Shown: one piece after another, positions 38,936 to 52,036 of the stretch | Layout of the letters: every line of letters starts with the position of its first letter | Position numbering within the stretch: position 1 is the first letter of the stretch | Assembly (NCBI RefSeq): GCF_001447785.1 | Contig: NW_015159760.1 | Location: forward strand, 186,001-250,000 | Origin: Gekko japonicus | Taxonomy: Eukaryota | Direction of reading: 5' to 3' | Length of the DNA: 64,000 nucleotides | The notes under the pieces: model-generated | What the model saw: the letters and a program-made list of their open reading frames with translations, nothing else | What the model was told of the DNA's origin: nothing | The model's database searches: none | Made by a program: the position numbers and the translations under genes

Positions 38936-41900
38936 CTGTAAAGCACAGAAATAGTATTATTTTTTAGAGTATGCATGCAACCTGAACCTCTGCTTTCAAG
39001 TCAGTTCTTCAACACTTATGCACAGTAGTAAAATAGTAGTAAAATAGAGTAGTAAAATAAATCATGAGAGCTTAATAAATTTTAGATAATTGTCTGCTGC
39101 CTGTCACATACCTTTGAGTCCCTGCCATTGGGTGAGCTCCTTTGATGTCACAGAATGCTCAAACATTGTAACTGCTCAGAAGCAAGGTATTAACAATAGA
39201 ATACTGACAGACAGTTAAGCTTATGTGAAGGAAGTAAAAGGTCTGATGAGAAAAAGACAATCTGTTTGTTGACTATTGGACAGAAGTGGGCATGCAAGGA
39301 AGTTATAGAGGTGAAGAAAATTGTGGTGGAGAAAGTACTTGGGACAGTAAAGTAAAAATATATCTGTTTAAGATCAAATATAAATGGCATGAAATTGGAA
39401 AATACAAAAGTATGATACATGATTTAATGTTCTGAAGCCTGCCTGGTTTAATGTATGGAATTTTCCCCACTTTCAGAATACTGTTTCGAAGTGTATCTTA
39501 AAAAATCAAGGTTTAAAAGGTTTAAAAGGAATAATGTAAGAATAACTGTAATTTGAAGAACAGTTAAAGAGACCCAGTTTGGCATAATGGTTAGTACTGG
39601 ATTACAATCTTGGAGACCCAGGTTCAGACTCTCACCCTCGGTTGGATCCCATCTAAATTACTTCCCCCTCCTCCAAATACTCCCTAAAATGCTTCTTCAA
39701 GGGAAGAGGGATCTCTGGAAGCCATGTCAGGGGGCAGGTGGAAGGCTGTCACAGGAAAAGGGAACTGTTCCCTCCCCCACCACATGGAAATCTTTTGATG
39801 GGATCCAACCCTCCACTATGAAGTCCCTGGATGACCTTGAGCCAATCACTCTCTCTCAACTGAATATGCCTCATCAGGTGGTTGCAAGGATAATGTAGGG
39901 GAGGGGACCTTGTACACCAACTTGAGTTCCTTGCAGGAAGGTCAGGATAACAATGTAATAAATACATTATTCTACAGCATTTCTTTAAGCTAAAGAAGGT
40001 GCCCGTATATGAGTCTGCAATATTCTTTTTTTGGTAACTTGATCCAACAGTAACTTCCTACTGTCTGTTTTATGGAGACTGGCAAATACCTTGGTTGCAA
40101 CTAAAAACAATCCTATCTTCAAACATAACGAAGGTAGCTAAAGATAGTTGTAGGTGAGCAAAGAAAAAACACACACTGCACTATAACTATGTTTTGACCA
40201 AAATACTCTTGTACCAGAAGGCCTCACCCTTGTTTAGAAGAATGTCAAGGTCCTACATATGACAAATCTCACCGAGCTTTGACTTGGAGCTAGAAAATGG
40301 GGCCAAAGAATCTGGAGAAATTTGTGAGAAGTGGATTCAGGAAAAAGGATCAAAATATCCACATACATCAAGCATATAGAACCTTTGCAAGGCTGCCAAG
40401 AATAAGACCAAACACACACCTCCTTCTGCACTGTCTGAGACACAGCTTTGATATCTTAATATTCTAACAAAGCACAGCAATAAATACATACAGAGATGAT
40501 GTACAGACACTAGCTTGGATCCAGCAGTAATTTTCACAGATGGAAAGGCACAGTGTGAGTTCCTCCTGCTACAACCCCAAACTTCAGTGTCCCTAACTGT
40601 GAAATCCAGGTTTTAGATCACTGTTCTCTGAGAGATCCCGTTTATGCAATGTATTATACTGTTGCTATTTCATTGTTCTTTAATTCGTGTGATCCATTTT
40701 AATCTATGTATCACATTTTTACATTGTCTTCTACAATCCAGTTTGAGTCTCAGTGAGAAAGACAGATGAGAAATGAAGTAAATAACAACAAATAAATGCT
40801 CACTTCAGCCTCAAAAACTCTCATAATCCAAACATTTCTAAGTGACTTTTCAGGGAAAGGGGTGTCAAGTGATATTGCTGAATGTTGGGGGGGATGTGTT
40901 ATAGTTTACTGTATTTGAATGAGAGTATGAATTAAACACAGTATGAATTAAACTTCATCGGAAGTGACAGGGCATTGTAGAGAAGAAATACTTGGCAGGT
41001 GGCACTGAAACTATGAAATGATGGGCAAATTCCTTGGGTTTTGGAAGGGAAAAGTTATCTGTGCCAGAATACTTGCCAATGTAATTCATGATCCAATAAT
41101 AGTATTACAGAACCACAAAGAATTTTAAAGGGCTATAGAAGTATCCTTGCTTCATAACTAGCAAAGGTAAAATGAGCTCTGGCTAGATCAGACCAGTGGT
41201 CCATCTAGTCTGGCATCCTATATCACACAATAGCCAAAAAGAAAAAAAAATCTCAAGTATGAATACCTATTGAAGAATTGAAAGCTGAATATATCAAAGG
41301 AGTTGCTGGCAAAAATACTGGCACAGACCAAGTTGCGAGACCAACTGTATAATATATGCTACAAAATGGTGGTTATATACACTGAATAAATTAGCATTTT
41401 ACATGCAATGCTAGCTTTCATAAAATACACCTGTGCACAACTGAAACAATATTTTTCGATAACACAAGACGTTTTAGAGTAACCAGTGAGAGATCATTGA
41501 TCAACCATTGACTAATATATCTGTATTTAGGGTTCCTGACTACTATAGTAAAATAACATCTGTTGGTGCCATAATTCATGTTTTGGTAAGTTCCAAGTAA
41601 GACTTTTGTAATTCACTCTATACAGGGTTGCCTTTGGAGAAAATTTAGAAATTACAGGTATCTGTTAACAGGTAAAGGTTGGTGAAAAAAGTGCATGCAC
41701 TTCTGGGATCTCAGTTGCTGGGTTGGTCTTAAAAGCACTGTAATATCTGGCCTCAAGAAATGCTCTCACTCATACGAGGCCTCCTTTCTTTTCACTCTTG
41801 GCCTTAAGCTTTATTAGTGAGTCTCTCTCTGAGTATCTTTATTTTAGGGAAATAAGGCTATCCTATTCATTATTTATATAGAACATGAGTGCACTTTACA

Positions 41901-41979
41901 GAGTACAAGATGACAGATCCCTATCCCCAGGTGGTCACAACCTATAATTTAAACACAAGGCAAGTACAGATGTAATTTA

Positions 41980-42717
41980 GTTCTGCTGAAGATGTACGTT
42001 AGAGACCTTAAAGTTTTGTATGATCTGCTTCCTTCCTTCCTTCTCTACATGATATACTTTCTGCTATAGCATTCAGCTATGCCAGCCAATTATCCCAATG
42101 TTACCCTAAATCCATTTGAACCATGATCTTGCCCTGTTAAAGTTCTGATAGGAGCATTTTACAAACAAGTACCACAGGAGTAGTTAACCACTGTGGGACT
42201 CAAGGAAGTCCACCTTGTTAAAAGGGTGTCTATTGCTTACAGAAGAACACTATCATACAGAAAACCAGTTATTTTTATTAACTCAGTTAAAGGAGACTAC
42301 CTTTAATCCTACCACTCTACTCATCTAAGGGCAGAGCCTTCCTCCATCCCAAAGAGCCCTTTTCTGGCAGCAGAGTCTCTAGAGGAAGCCTCTATGTGTA
42401 GCTGAACGGAGTGAATATAACCCATTGGCTTGTATCCAACCAAATCTATTCATGGTTTGGACCTCGCAGAGTGAGACATTTTCCCTTTCTTAGTACTGCT
42501 GCAGCCCAATGACACCCCTCCCGTTTTGTTCTGTGGGTCAGCAAACCATCAAGGAACAGCATAAAGTGCGATGAATGGCTCTGCAGCAAGACAAGAAACT
42601 GGTGGAAATCACTCTGCCCCTCCTTCTTCTGAAGCCAGAGGTGCCCCTTAGGTCTTTGGAATAACATGGCAAGATACACATCAACCATCCATAACTAATT
42701 CTGTTAATCCCCAGTGG
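41980..42717 (+). repeat. ~740-bp dispersed duplication, copy 1 (BCAP29 intron 6)
   Basis: Colinear with 57688-58027 plus 60452-60750. Confidence 0.9.
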
Positions 42718-44019
42718 TCATAACCTATAATTTAAATACAAGGCACGTAGAGGTGGAAGATGCAAGTTAAACAGGGAATCTACCACGAGCAGAGCTTTTC
42801 TGTGGTGGCACTGGAGCTGCAGAATATGTTGTCACACTTCCCTCTCCCCAGTTCCTGGTCTTTTCATGGACAAGGGAGGGAACACTTCGTGCTTTTATCA
42901 GTTTAACTGCACATTTTTTTAAATTGGTAAGGCTTATTTTTGTTTTTAAATTGTAAATTGTCTCATGAACAATTTTCCATTGAAAGATGGACTATAATAT
43001 GGTAAGTGATTCCCAACTTTTGCAAATAGCTTTATTTATTTAATTCTAATTGTACCCCGCCCTTACCACAAGGAGGCTCAGGGTGGGTTCCATCATAAAA
43101 TCCACAATACAAATTGACAGTTAAAATATATCTAAAAACCTATCTAAAAAACAATATTCAGTAAAAGACTGGTGCCTCAACAGATTTCAACAAGAAGCAG
43201 TTTGTTTCCCAGGTGGCCATTTGGATCGGAGGCCACTGGAGGGGAGGCCCAGACCGGGGGGGGGGGGGGCTATTGTTTCATTTTTTATGCTGCCTTCCTA
43301 CCCAATTTGGGGTCTCAAGGCAAAGAACCAGTTAAAAATTAAAAATCAATTTTGAAAAAGTACATAAAACTATCAAAAACGTGAACAGGAAGGTGGGTCC
43401 ATTAAGGGAACAGCCAATGAAACAAGAAGCTCTTCACCTACTGTCCAAATACAACAGAGAGGAACACGTGACTCTCCCTGGGAAGGCAGTTCCACAACCA
43501 AGGCGGCCCTTTCTCAGGTTGCCATCTGTCTTGCCTCAGATGAACTTCAATCTTTTATTAAAATATCTGTTACAACCTGACCAATACTTAGGAACATTTT
43601 AAAAATAAATGTCTTCTGTTTTCTTTCAGATTTTCTAAAACTACTAGTGAAATAATTCTGAACATAGAATACATTCATTATTAGAGGTCAAATTACTACA
43701 TACCACCCCAATCATGATAAAAAGTCTTCCTAAAGTAAAGAGCAGATACAAGAAAACAATGTTCTTGTTACATTTATTATGTATACAAACCACATCTGTT
43801 TATAAGAGCCAATGAACATTGACTGCTTTTGATTTCCCCCTCTTCATTCCAAATATCATCACCTTTCTGGAAACATCTTATGCATACAGAAATATACTAT
43901 CAAAACTTGGGTGCATTACTTTATTTTAAAAAGTGCATGCCCTAGTGTATAAAATAAACATGAAAATGAACCTACAGAAGATGAACTGAGGCATTAAAAT
44001 TACTAATAAGCGCTTATAT

Positions 44020-44145
44020 AATGTATTCCAAGTGCCTATATATATATATGTATTCCAAGTATATATGTGTATATATATATATATATACCAAGTATGTTTG
44101 TGTGTGTGTGTGTATATATATATGTATTCCAAGTGCCTATATCGA
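44020..44145. repeat. Compound (TA)n/(TG)n microsatellite with a repeated TATTCCAAGT anchor
   Basis: Direct reading. Confidence 0.8.
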
Positions 44146-45505
44146 TATATCTTCTCTTTTTCCAGATTTCACTGTTACAAGCCAGTGTTATCCTGATACT
44201 GTATATGGGAAACTGAGCTTCAGAGCTTAGTGCCTTCCATTAAGATCATCAAATAAGCAAGATTTTGACTCCAGCACTTTCATATCTCATATTCATGGCT
44301 ACTCCACTAAGTTTACATCAGCTTGCCTCCTAACTTACATGTGACTGTACTAACTGATAGGACCCGACAGCAGCTGTCCTGTTTCCTCATCTGGGGATGT
44401 CTTTCCTTAAACCCATGAAGATACAGGTTGATGCAGTGTCAGGTACAGGTGAGAGCATGGTGCAACAGAAGCATGCTGCTGGAAGGAGGCTGTTTAGATC
44501 TATCTTTATATGATGTTAATGTTGCCTAATTTGTCTCATTTTGTGTTGCATAAATAAAGCCGCAGGATTTATTGGACATGTGTAGAATGGACATGAGACT
44601 CTTTGAGGTAAAAGGACTGTGCAGTAAAACAGTTGACCTGTTTTCAATCAGGATGATACTAGAGCCAGTTAATAAAAGACTGAAGCACTGCTTGCCCTCC
44701 ACATGGGTGGAAGGAGTACCAAGTCATGGTGCAACCTGTAGGGAGGCTAGAGGGAAGCAACCAATGTTCAGCTTAAGCTGAGATGACCCTAGCACCTGGG
44801 TACCTACCTACATATATGCCTCTGCTACTGAGGATATGGGGTTTCTCCCCCCCCCCCGGGTTGTCCATATGTGCCTTCTTTATGCCCCTGCAGTCTGGGC
44901 ATGTGTGTATGTGTGCACAGAGGATAAACCCCTAACGCTGGTGGGAGACCTTTGGCTACCTCTCCCATTGTGTGCTTTCAGTGTCAATATTTGGGTCTCT
45001 GAAATTTAACAGTAGATAAGATTTGTCTTGGGCATGTACTGACTGCATAGTTTTCTGAACAGTCAAAGAATGACATTTTAGTCATCTGGGCCTCACAAGG
45101 TCATAAGCAGCCTTATTCTTTACAAGAATTACCTCAGCCAGGTAGAAGCTTGGAAACATCACAGACTTGTAAGATCTAGAACGAACACACTCAATCCAGG
45201 AAGAAGCTCTTATCTCAGTGTTATTTCATCAAGAGATCCCAAGTAGTTAGAAACTATCAACAGTACATACCTTGTCACAGTGAACAAAAACTTCCACCTT
45301 ATTTTTTAAGCAGAACTGCCCATTTGTGATCTAGCTTTAGTCACAGAAGCATAAGCCACATTTACACTGGAATGGTTGAAGTGAAGCGTAGAATGAGATA
45401 TTAAGACATTTACTATAATGCAGAAAGCAACATTAATTCCCCTAAACTCACAGAAAAAAGTTTCCTTACAGCATTAAAAGCCACTGGGGGCAAAGGACAA
45501 CATAC

Positions 45506-45617
45506 CCATTGAACTTTTCTTTATTTCTGCTTTCAGTTTTTCAGCTTCCTGCTTTAATTTTTTATTTGTTACTTCAATCAACTGGTCATTTACACAATTT
45601 CTTCTTTCCATTAAGGA
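45506..45617 (-). CDS. BCAP29: BCAP29 exon 6 (SLMERRNCVNDQLIEVTNKKLKQEAEKLKAEIKKSSM)
   Basis: tag|...|gtatgt, 112 nt, coiled-coil sequence, frame joins exons 5 and 7. Confidence 0.9.
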
Positions 45618-46829
45618 CTAACAAAAAAAAGAAAAAAATGCATATTAATAGTTTATTACCATTTCAAGTACCAAGTAAGACCAATTTAAAACTGTGAATT
45701 ACAGATAAAACCAAAATTGCACTCTGTCTCTTTTTCAGGCTATTGCGGATGAAACTGGAGTGCACTCATCTGCTCAGAATATACACATCCCTCCTGTCTC
45801 AGACCAAAAGTTCTCATTTCCTCAGCACCTACAAGGTTTTATCTGGTGCCCAATAAAGGTCTTTACTGTTCAACAAGTTAACAATCATTCAACAGTAACT
45901 CAGTTTCTAGAGTTATAAACATGTTAGCAGCATAGAAGTTAAGCAGGCAGAGTCAGAAACACTGAGTTAGGGGTTTGATGATAATTTTACAGCTGAAAAG
46001 ATCAGAGGTCAGTTCTACATATTGTCTTGCATTCAAGCATAGCTACATATATTCCCATTCATCCCTGGTTACCCAAGTCTTTCCCATCCTTTAATTTTCT
46101 TTTTACTGTCAAGCTTCAAATTATAAACTCCTTCAGGCAGGCAATTTATTACACTATAAAATACCATTTACACTGTTGCACAGTGTATATTAAATAACTG
46201 AACTGCATGCTGCATCCCTCTTATCGATGTGCTCCTCCTGAAGTGGGTCCTGCACACAGAAGAATGCTGCATGGATGTTTATCTGTATTCAACATAACAG
46301 CATGCATGGCTTTGCTTGATGATTTGGGACTATGGACACAGTTTTTATCTAACTATGTGTTGTGGCAGTGAAGACTGGGAATCCAGGAGCTCTTTTCCCT
46401 CTGCCTCACTAAACAAGTGATTACCACTCCCCGAGCTAGCACCATCTGTTTCATTGGTGCAAGCACAGATCCTCAAGCACAGCCTACTGCAGGTGCATAT
46501 CAAGTTCTACAACACTTTGAGATTAGGAAAGGAAACTGTGTTCATCCTGTAACTTTTATGTGTAGGTAAACATTAGTCCTCAGAGGTTGGGACCAAGCTT
46601 ATTTGACTGCATTTATTTATTTTGATTTATACCCCACATGGCAACTGTAGATGCTACATGAAAAAATATACTTGTGGAACACAAGGAAGGTTATTTCAGA
46701 GTGAGTGAGGTACTAATCGAAACCATTCATCTTTCCTTTGCTACAGCAGCCTTAAAAATAAGAGGTGGGAGGACCAAACAAATTCTGGGATGGTCAAAGA
46801 ACTAAAATTTCTCTTTTTGCTTTCAAGTC

Positions 46830-47015
46830 AAATTGCAGCCAACTTATGCTGACCCCTCATGGGGTTTCAAGTAAGGACACAAACAGAGGTAGATCTCTGC
46901 CTGTCTCTGCATAGCAATCCTAGACTTTCTCAGTGGCCTCCTATCCAAGTACTAACCAGGGCTTACCCTGCTAAACTTTCCAAGATCTAATGAGATCAGG
47001 CCTATCCAAGTCAGT
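46830..47015 (-). mobile_element. 5S-derived SINE
   Basis: atccaagtactaaccaggg...gagatcagg is the reverse complement of the 5S internal region. Confidence 0.65.
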
Positions 47016-47110
47016 GCACACCAGGTCATGTTATATTAGGATCTACTTCATGGAAAACAATAGGTTGGGTCCAATGCACCCTCCTGCTGAGAGTTAGCAA
47101 TAGGGAGTCA

Positions 47111-47194
47111 TTGGAAGTAATCCCCTGCAGATATGATTTAGCACTCTTAAATTTGGAAGTAATCCCCTGCAGATATGATTTATCACTCTTAAAT
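47111..47194 (+). repeat. Tandem duplication, 42 bp x2 (1 mismatch)
   Basis: ttggaagtaatcccctgcagatatgattta(g/t)cactcttaaat twice. Confidence 0.95.
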
Positions 47195-47584
47195 GAGTCT
47201 TATGACTCTTAAAAGAATTTTCCTTCAAAAAATACATCCCCACAATCCAAAGGTTGTACGAGTCCAAATTTTTCTATCAAATAATAAAAGCAAATTATGT
47301 TACCATGAAAAATCACATGTAATAAAGCGTCAAATGCGTCTTGCAATGTTTACACAGTGCTTACAATTATATATGAAAAAGCTGTACCATTTTATCAATA
47401 ATGGTAATAAGTTTGCTTTCTAAGTTTTTGATTCTTTGGTGTTGCTCTTGTTTGTTTTTAAGAAGTGGTTTGCACACATTCCTGCTAGTGAAAAGTAAGA
47501 CTAGCTTCTTACTTGCTTAAAATCAGGCATTGATATTGAACATGCACAGTTAACGATACTAATTTACTTATTAAAATGGTATAA

Positions 47585-47586
<2 letters not shown>

Positions 47587-47662
<76 letters not shown>
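47587..47662. repeat. (CT)n(CA)n(TA)n compound microsatellite
   Basis: Direct reading. Confidence 0.95.
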
Positions 47663-48028
47663 CCTTATTCTATATAAATTGTGCACCATAGTACTTTTTA
47701 ATTACTTGCATCATGCACACAAACCATTATCTGTCAGCTATTCAAGGTTTGCTGGGTTTCTCTTAGCTTTCTAGGATGGAATCTAAAAGGCTTCACAACT
47801 AGCCCTGTGCATCCAAAGGACTTGGAGCTTATGCTTCTTGAACATTAGCTGCCTCCACCCCCAATATTATATCACACAATAAACTGCTTTTGAAATCAAG
47901 GGGGGGGAAGATCTCTGTTATAATGAAAATAAGTCAAAAATCCCACCAGGCCTGCCTAGATCCCTGGGCATTTCAGCAATTACATAAATAACTTCACCAT
48001 CAACAACAAAAACAGCAGTGCAACAGAC

Positions 48029-48164
48029 CCGCTGTAATTTCTCATTCTCTTCCAGATATTTCCTAGCAGCATCACTGGTGTTTGCTACTTGAATTTCCAG
48101 AGCTACCTGAGCTCCCATTTCTTTTGCCAGCAGAGTGATGAGGGAAACGGTACGCCGTAGTACA
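48029..48164 (-). CDS. BCAP29: BCAP29 exon 5 (VLRRTVSLITLLAKEMGAQVALEIQVANTSDAARKYLEENEKLQR)
   Basis: cag|...|gtctgt, 136 nt; ORF track 47918..48118. Confidence 0.94.
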
Positions 48165-48202
48165 CTGTGGGAGACAGAAAAGCCATGAGCTAACAGAACA
48201 AA

Positions 48203-48556
48203 GTAAAGGTAAAGGTAAAGGTTCCCTTGCTCGAAAGCCAGTCGAATCCGACTCTAGGGTTGCGGTGCTCATCTCTGTTTCAAAGCCGAAGAGCCAGCGC
48301 TGTCCGAAGACGTATCCGTGGTCATGTGGCCGGCATGACTAAACACCAAGGCACACGGAACGCTGTTACCTTCCCCCCGAAGTGGTACCTATTTATCTGC
48401 TTGCAATTTCTTGCTTTCGAACTACTAGGTTGGCAGGAGCTGGAACTAGAGACGGGAGCTCACTCCGTCATGCGGCACCCGGGTCTCAAACTGCTGAACT
48501 ACTGACCTTCCACAGCCTGCAGTTCAGCATCTTAACCACTTGAGTCACCGCAGCTC
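48203..48556 (-). mobile_element. Sauria SINE, full length, with a TSD-like repeat CTAACAGAACAAAGTA
   Basis: tRNA-like head, (ACCTTT)n tail; ctaacagaacaaagta present on both sides. Confidence 0.9.
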
Positions 48557-48977
48557 CTAACAGAACAAAGTAGGATATCCATAAAAAACAATTATTTTAT
48601 TTATTTAGAAAATCTATATGCCACCTTTCCAAATACACACTAAGCAGCCTAAAATTATGTAGATTAAATGATCCCTAGGCCAGACACGGACCATTAAACC
48701 TTTGAAAGATAAAACCCATTAGTTAAAAGTCTAGGTAAAAAGAAATGTTTTAGTCTGGCACCTAAAAGAAAGTAAGGCAGGTATCAGACAAACCTCATGG
48801 GGGAGAACATTCCAAATGTGAGTGCCACCACTGAAAAAGCCGTATAATTATTTTATAAATTTTTAATGTTTTATTAAATAAATGTTTTGGTAAAATGAAG
48901 TCTTAGTAAATAACTCTTAGATAGTGTTAAAGACAAAGATGGTATGTCAAAACACACTACATTTTACATTTTTCTGT

Positions 48978-49004
48978 GCTTCTCAGTCTTTTGGCTAAGA
49001 TCAA
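48978..49004 (+). pseudogene. U2 snRNA 5' fragment (nt ~4-30)
   Basis: gcttctcagtcttttggctaagatcaa vs U2 GCTTCTCGGCCTTTTGGCTAAGATCAA (recalled), 25/27 identity. Confidence 0.8.
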
Positions 49005-49340
49005 TGAGAGTCCCTTGGACTGCAACGACATCAAATTAGTCAATCCTAAAAGAAATCAACCCTGACTGTTCCCTGGAAGGCCAGATACTGAAGCTGAAGC
49101 TCAAATACTTTGGCCACCAAATGAGAAGGGAGCACTCACTGGAGAAGACCCTGATGCTGGGAAAGACTGAAGGTAAAAGAAGAAGGGGATGGCAAAGGAT
49201 GAGATGGTTAGACAGTGTTATTGAGGCAACGAACATGAAGTTGAGCAAACTCCAGAGGACGACGGAGGACAGGAGGGCCTGGTGTGATGTGGTCCATGGG
49301 GTCGCGAAGAGTCGGACTCGACTGTGCGACTGAACAACAA
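49005..49340 (+). mobile_element. BovB LINE 3' fragment
   Basis: ORF 49121..49333 HSLEKTLMLGK...RMRWLDSV; (CAA)n tail; matches the reverse of 30806-31147. Confidence 0.92.
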
Positions 49341-49964
49341 GCATAGATAACATTACATATTGCAGCTGAACAGAGGCCTAGATTGTTCAAGAAACAAATT
49401 CAAACAAATTTAAAATTAAGTTAATGAAATTATATATTCTCATTTATCACCATTCATCATTCTCTATCATTTGTTTATTGCTGAATAAGCTATTGTATAT
49501 GGTTTTTGTATAGTTCATACAGCAATGACATAGGGAGCAACCCTAAGCAAGTCTACTGAGAAGTCAGTCCCATTTTATTCAGTGAAGTTTACCCCCAGGA
49601 AAGGGTTCTTAGGACTGCAGCCATAGCTCATTAAATCAAACTCAGACCCTATTGCCATATGCAGGCCCTCAACCCCTTCCTGAGACACTCCAGTGTCCAT
49701 CCACAAAAATGCCACTCCGCTATCAGAGGACTAGCAGTACCAAGCTCCGGCTCCCAGCATGGCTCCCAGGACATGGAAGCCCTCTTACCTTGGGAGGAAA
49801 GGCTTACAGGATTCACCCAGCACTGGGGACTGATGCACTGGGGGGTATGTAATCCTCTTTGAATAAAACAGCAGGGGTGGCAGCTAGAGAGAAAGTGGAA
49901 CTTATCACAGCCTAGAGCCCCCCTTTTTGGTGAGCATTTTGCGTGTATGTGTGTATGCCTGGAA

Positions 49965-50160
49965 GTCATGGATGACTTCTGGCAACCCCTAGTGGGGCTT
50001 GGACGTTTCAGAGAGGTGGCTTAACTATTCCCTGCCTCTGTGGTTCTAGCCCCGGTATTCCTCGGAGGTCTCCCTTCCAAGTACTTGCTGGGGTTGGCCT
50101 TGCTTAGCTTCCGAGAGCTGACGAGATCAGGCTCACCTGGGCTATCCAGGTCAGGGCTGC
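49965..50160 (-). mobile_element. 5S-derived SINE
   Basis: Minus strand cctgatctcgtcagctctcggaagctaagc...agtacttggaagggagacc...ggaataccggg closely follows 5S rRNA. Confidence 0.8.
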
Positions 50161-51212
50161 CCAGAGCACTTTTTAAAAGAGCATCTGTAAGGGGTGGCAC
50201 AGATGCTGCTGGAAATACAGTACCAGAACAGGTTTTATTTCCCTGAAAACTCCAGTATACTGTTTTGATATTCTTCTGGATCTGGCCTTTCTCCTGGGTG
50301 TCCAAGGTCATCGCTGTTGCTGGGAGTGTCTTTTATCAGCTTAAGCCAATATACTAACTGTGACCTTTTCTGGAAAAGTCTGATTTTAACAACAGTTATA
50401 CATGCAATAGCTGCAGGTCGATTATTTCAGAAGTTTGAAAAAACTTTAACAGGCCCAACGATATGAACATCTATACTACCACAGGGTTTGAATGTATTAT
50501 GCCTGTTTTGCTCCATCTTTGATAGCTCCCAGTTTGTTTCTGGCCTCAGTGCAAAGTGGTAATATAGATCATGAAACCCCTACATGACTTGGGAACAAGG
50601 TACATCAAAGACTGCCTGCTCTAGCCAAAGACGTCGCCTGAAGAAGCCCTGCTCCACCCCCACCCCCACTACTTTTACATATTTGATAAGTGGCAAGATA
50701 ACAGAATCCTGGGCTATGTGGGAGGATAAGGAATTCCTTCCCCTGCAAGGCTTGTTTGGTAATTAATCGGTAAAGATCACTTTGTTTTAGACAGTTTTGA
50801 TACAGTTAAGTTGCTAATTTTGCAGACTTAAGTTGGGTATGTTTAATTTATTGGCAGTCTACATTTTTACTATCTTTGAAAAGTTGTTAACAACTACAAA
50901 TTGGGTGTTATATCATTGTAGTGTACTGTAAATTAACTGTATGTTGTAGTTTTGCAGGTCAAAAGCCAGGATAGCAGTGCTTTAGTAACATACAAATAGG
51001 CTTCAATGAGCAGAGAATTTTTCTTGGGGGTGTTTTCAAACAACCAGTTCCACCTTGTGCCTTCTGCAGTCTCATGAAACCTCGGAAGACAAGGGAAACT
51101 GGCTGCCATCTTTCCCCTCTTTTTCAAGCTCTTCTCGAATTGAAAAAGAACTACTGCAAGAATTGCTGGAAGAATTACTGCTAATTCTCTATTCTTGCTA
51201 GAGGCTCTGCAG

Positions 51213-51431
51213 TCCTGTGCACAAATTATAGTGAATGCATGTACATCTTAGTATACACTTGGTTTTTCATTATCGAGTAATTCACATGGTATGTTCAACA
51301 CATGAACAACTGAATATGTGTGGTGGTACTGGATTCATTTGTAAAGTGAATGTGCTTTGGCTCTTTCTTAAGAACAGATGTACATATGTACATGCAGGAT
51401 ATACATGCATTCACTGTAACATGTGAACAGG
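51213..51431. mobile_element. MITE with ~36-bp terminal inverted repeats
   Basis: cctgtgcacaaattatagtgaatgcatgtacatc pairs with gatatacatgcattcactgtaacatgtgaacagg. Confidence 0.65.
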
Positions 51432-51885
51432 GTTTGTGTTGCATCCTAGTCTATTTGAGGGTACTGCAGGAGGTTATAAAGGGAAGTGGAAGAGAACTGT
51501 TCTGTGAAATTGTTCCATCCATGGTTAATTGGACCCAACCCAGAATGCTTGCCAGCCAAGAACCAAAACAGCTTCTCAGTGCAATTTGTTGTCATTCTGG
51601 ACAGAATTTAATACGAGGCACATAAAACAGACTTCAGTATTACATAAGGGACTTCTTAGTTGTGGCACCAAAACTATGGAATTCCCTCCCCAGGGAGATT
51701 CATCTATCCCCCCAATCATTGCTTTCCACCAGTAGGTGAAGATTTTTACCCTCTTTCTTGTCCATTTTTAATACATGCACGTTGTTTTTAAAGTTGATTT
51801 AATGCCTTTTTAATTGTTGTTTGCTGCCTTGAGGGCCCTGATTGGGCAGAAAAATGTGATACAAATGTCTGAACTTTATACTTAC

Positions 51886-52036
51886 AGCCAAAGAAACAGG
51901 GAGAATCCTGAGATGTAAAGATTTCGTTGTGACCTGAAGAGTTTCATTTGAATGTGATCATATGCACTGGCAGTTGTCTGTGTACTTTTTTCAGCTATAT
52001 GAACATTTGAGTATTTTCTCACTTCTCTTACTGCAT
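51886..52036 (-). CDS. BCAP29: BCAP29 exon 4 (DAVREVRKYSNVHIAEKSTQTTASAYDHIQMKLFRSQRNLYISGFSLFLW)
   Basis: tag|...|gtaagt, 151 nt; BAP31-family QRNLYISGF motif. Confidence 0.97.

Noticed and set aside
44020-44145. CRISPR-like repeat-spacer pattern (TATTCCAAGT recurring)
   Set aside because: Eukaryotic intron; the spacers are TA/TG microsatellite; no cas genes
48978-49004. Functional U2 snRNA gene
   Set aside because: Only 27 nt; no Sm site or 3' domains follow
49965-50160. Apparent 5S rRNA gene
   Set aside because: Diverged 5' end, SINE tail and several related dispersed copies; it is a 5S-derived SINE
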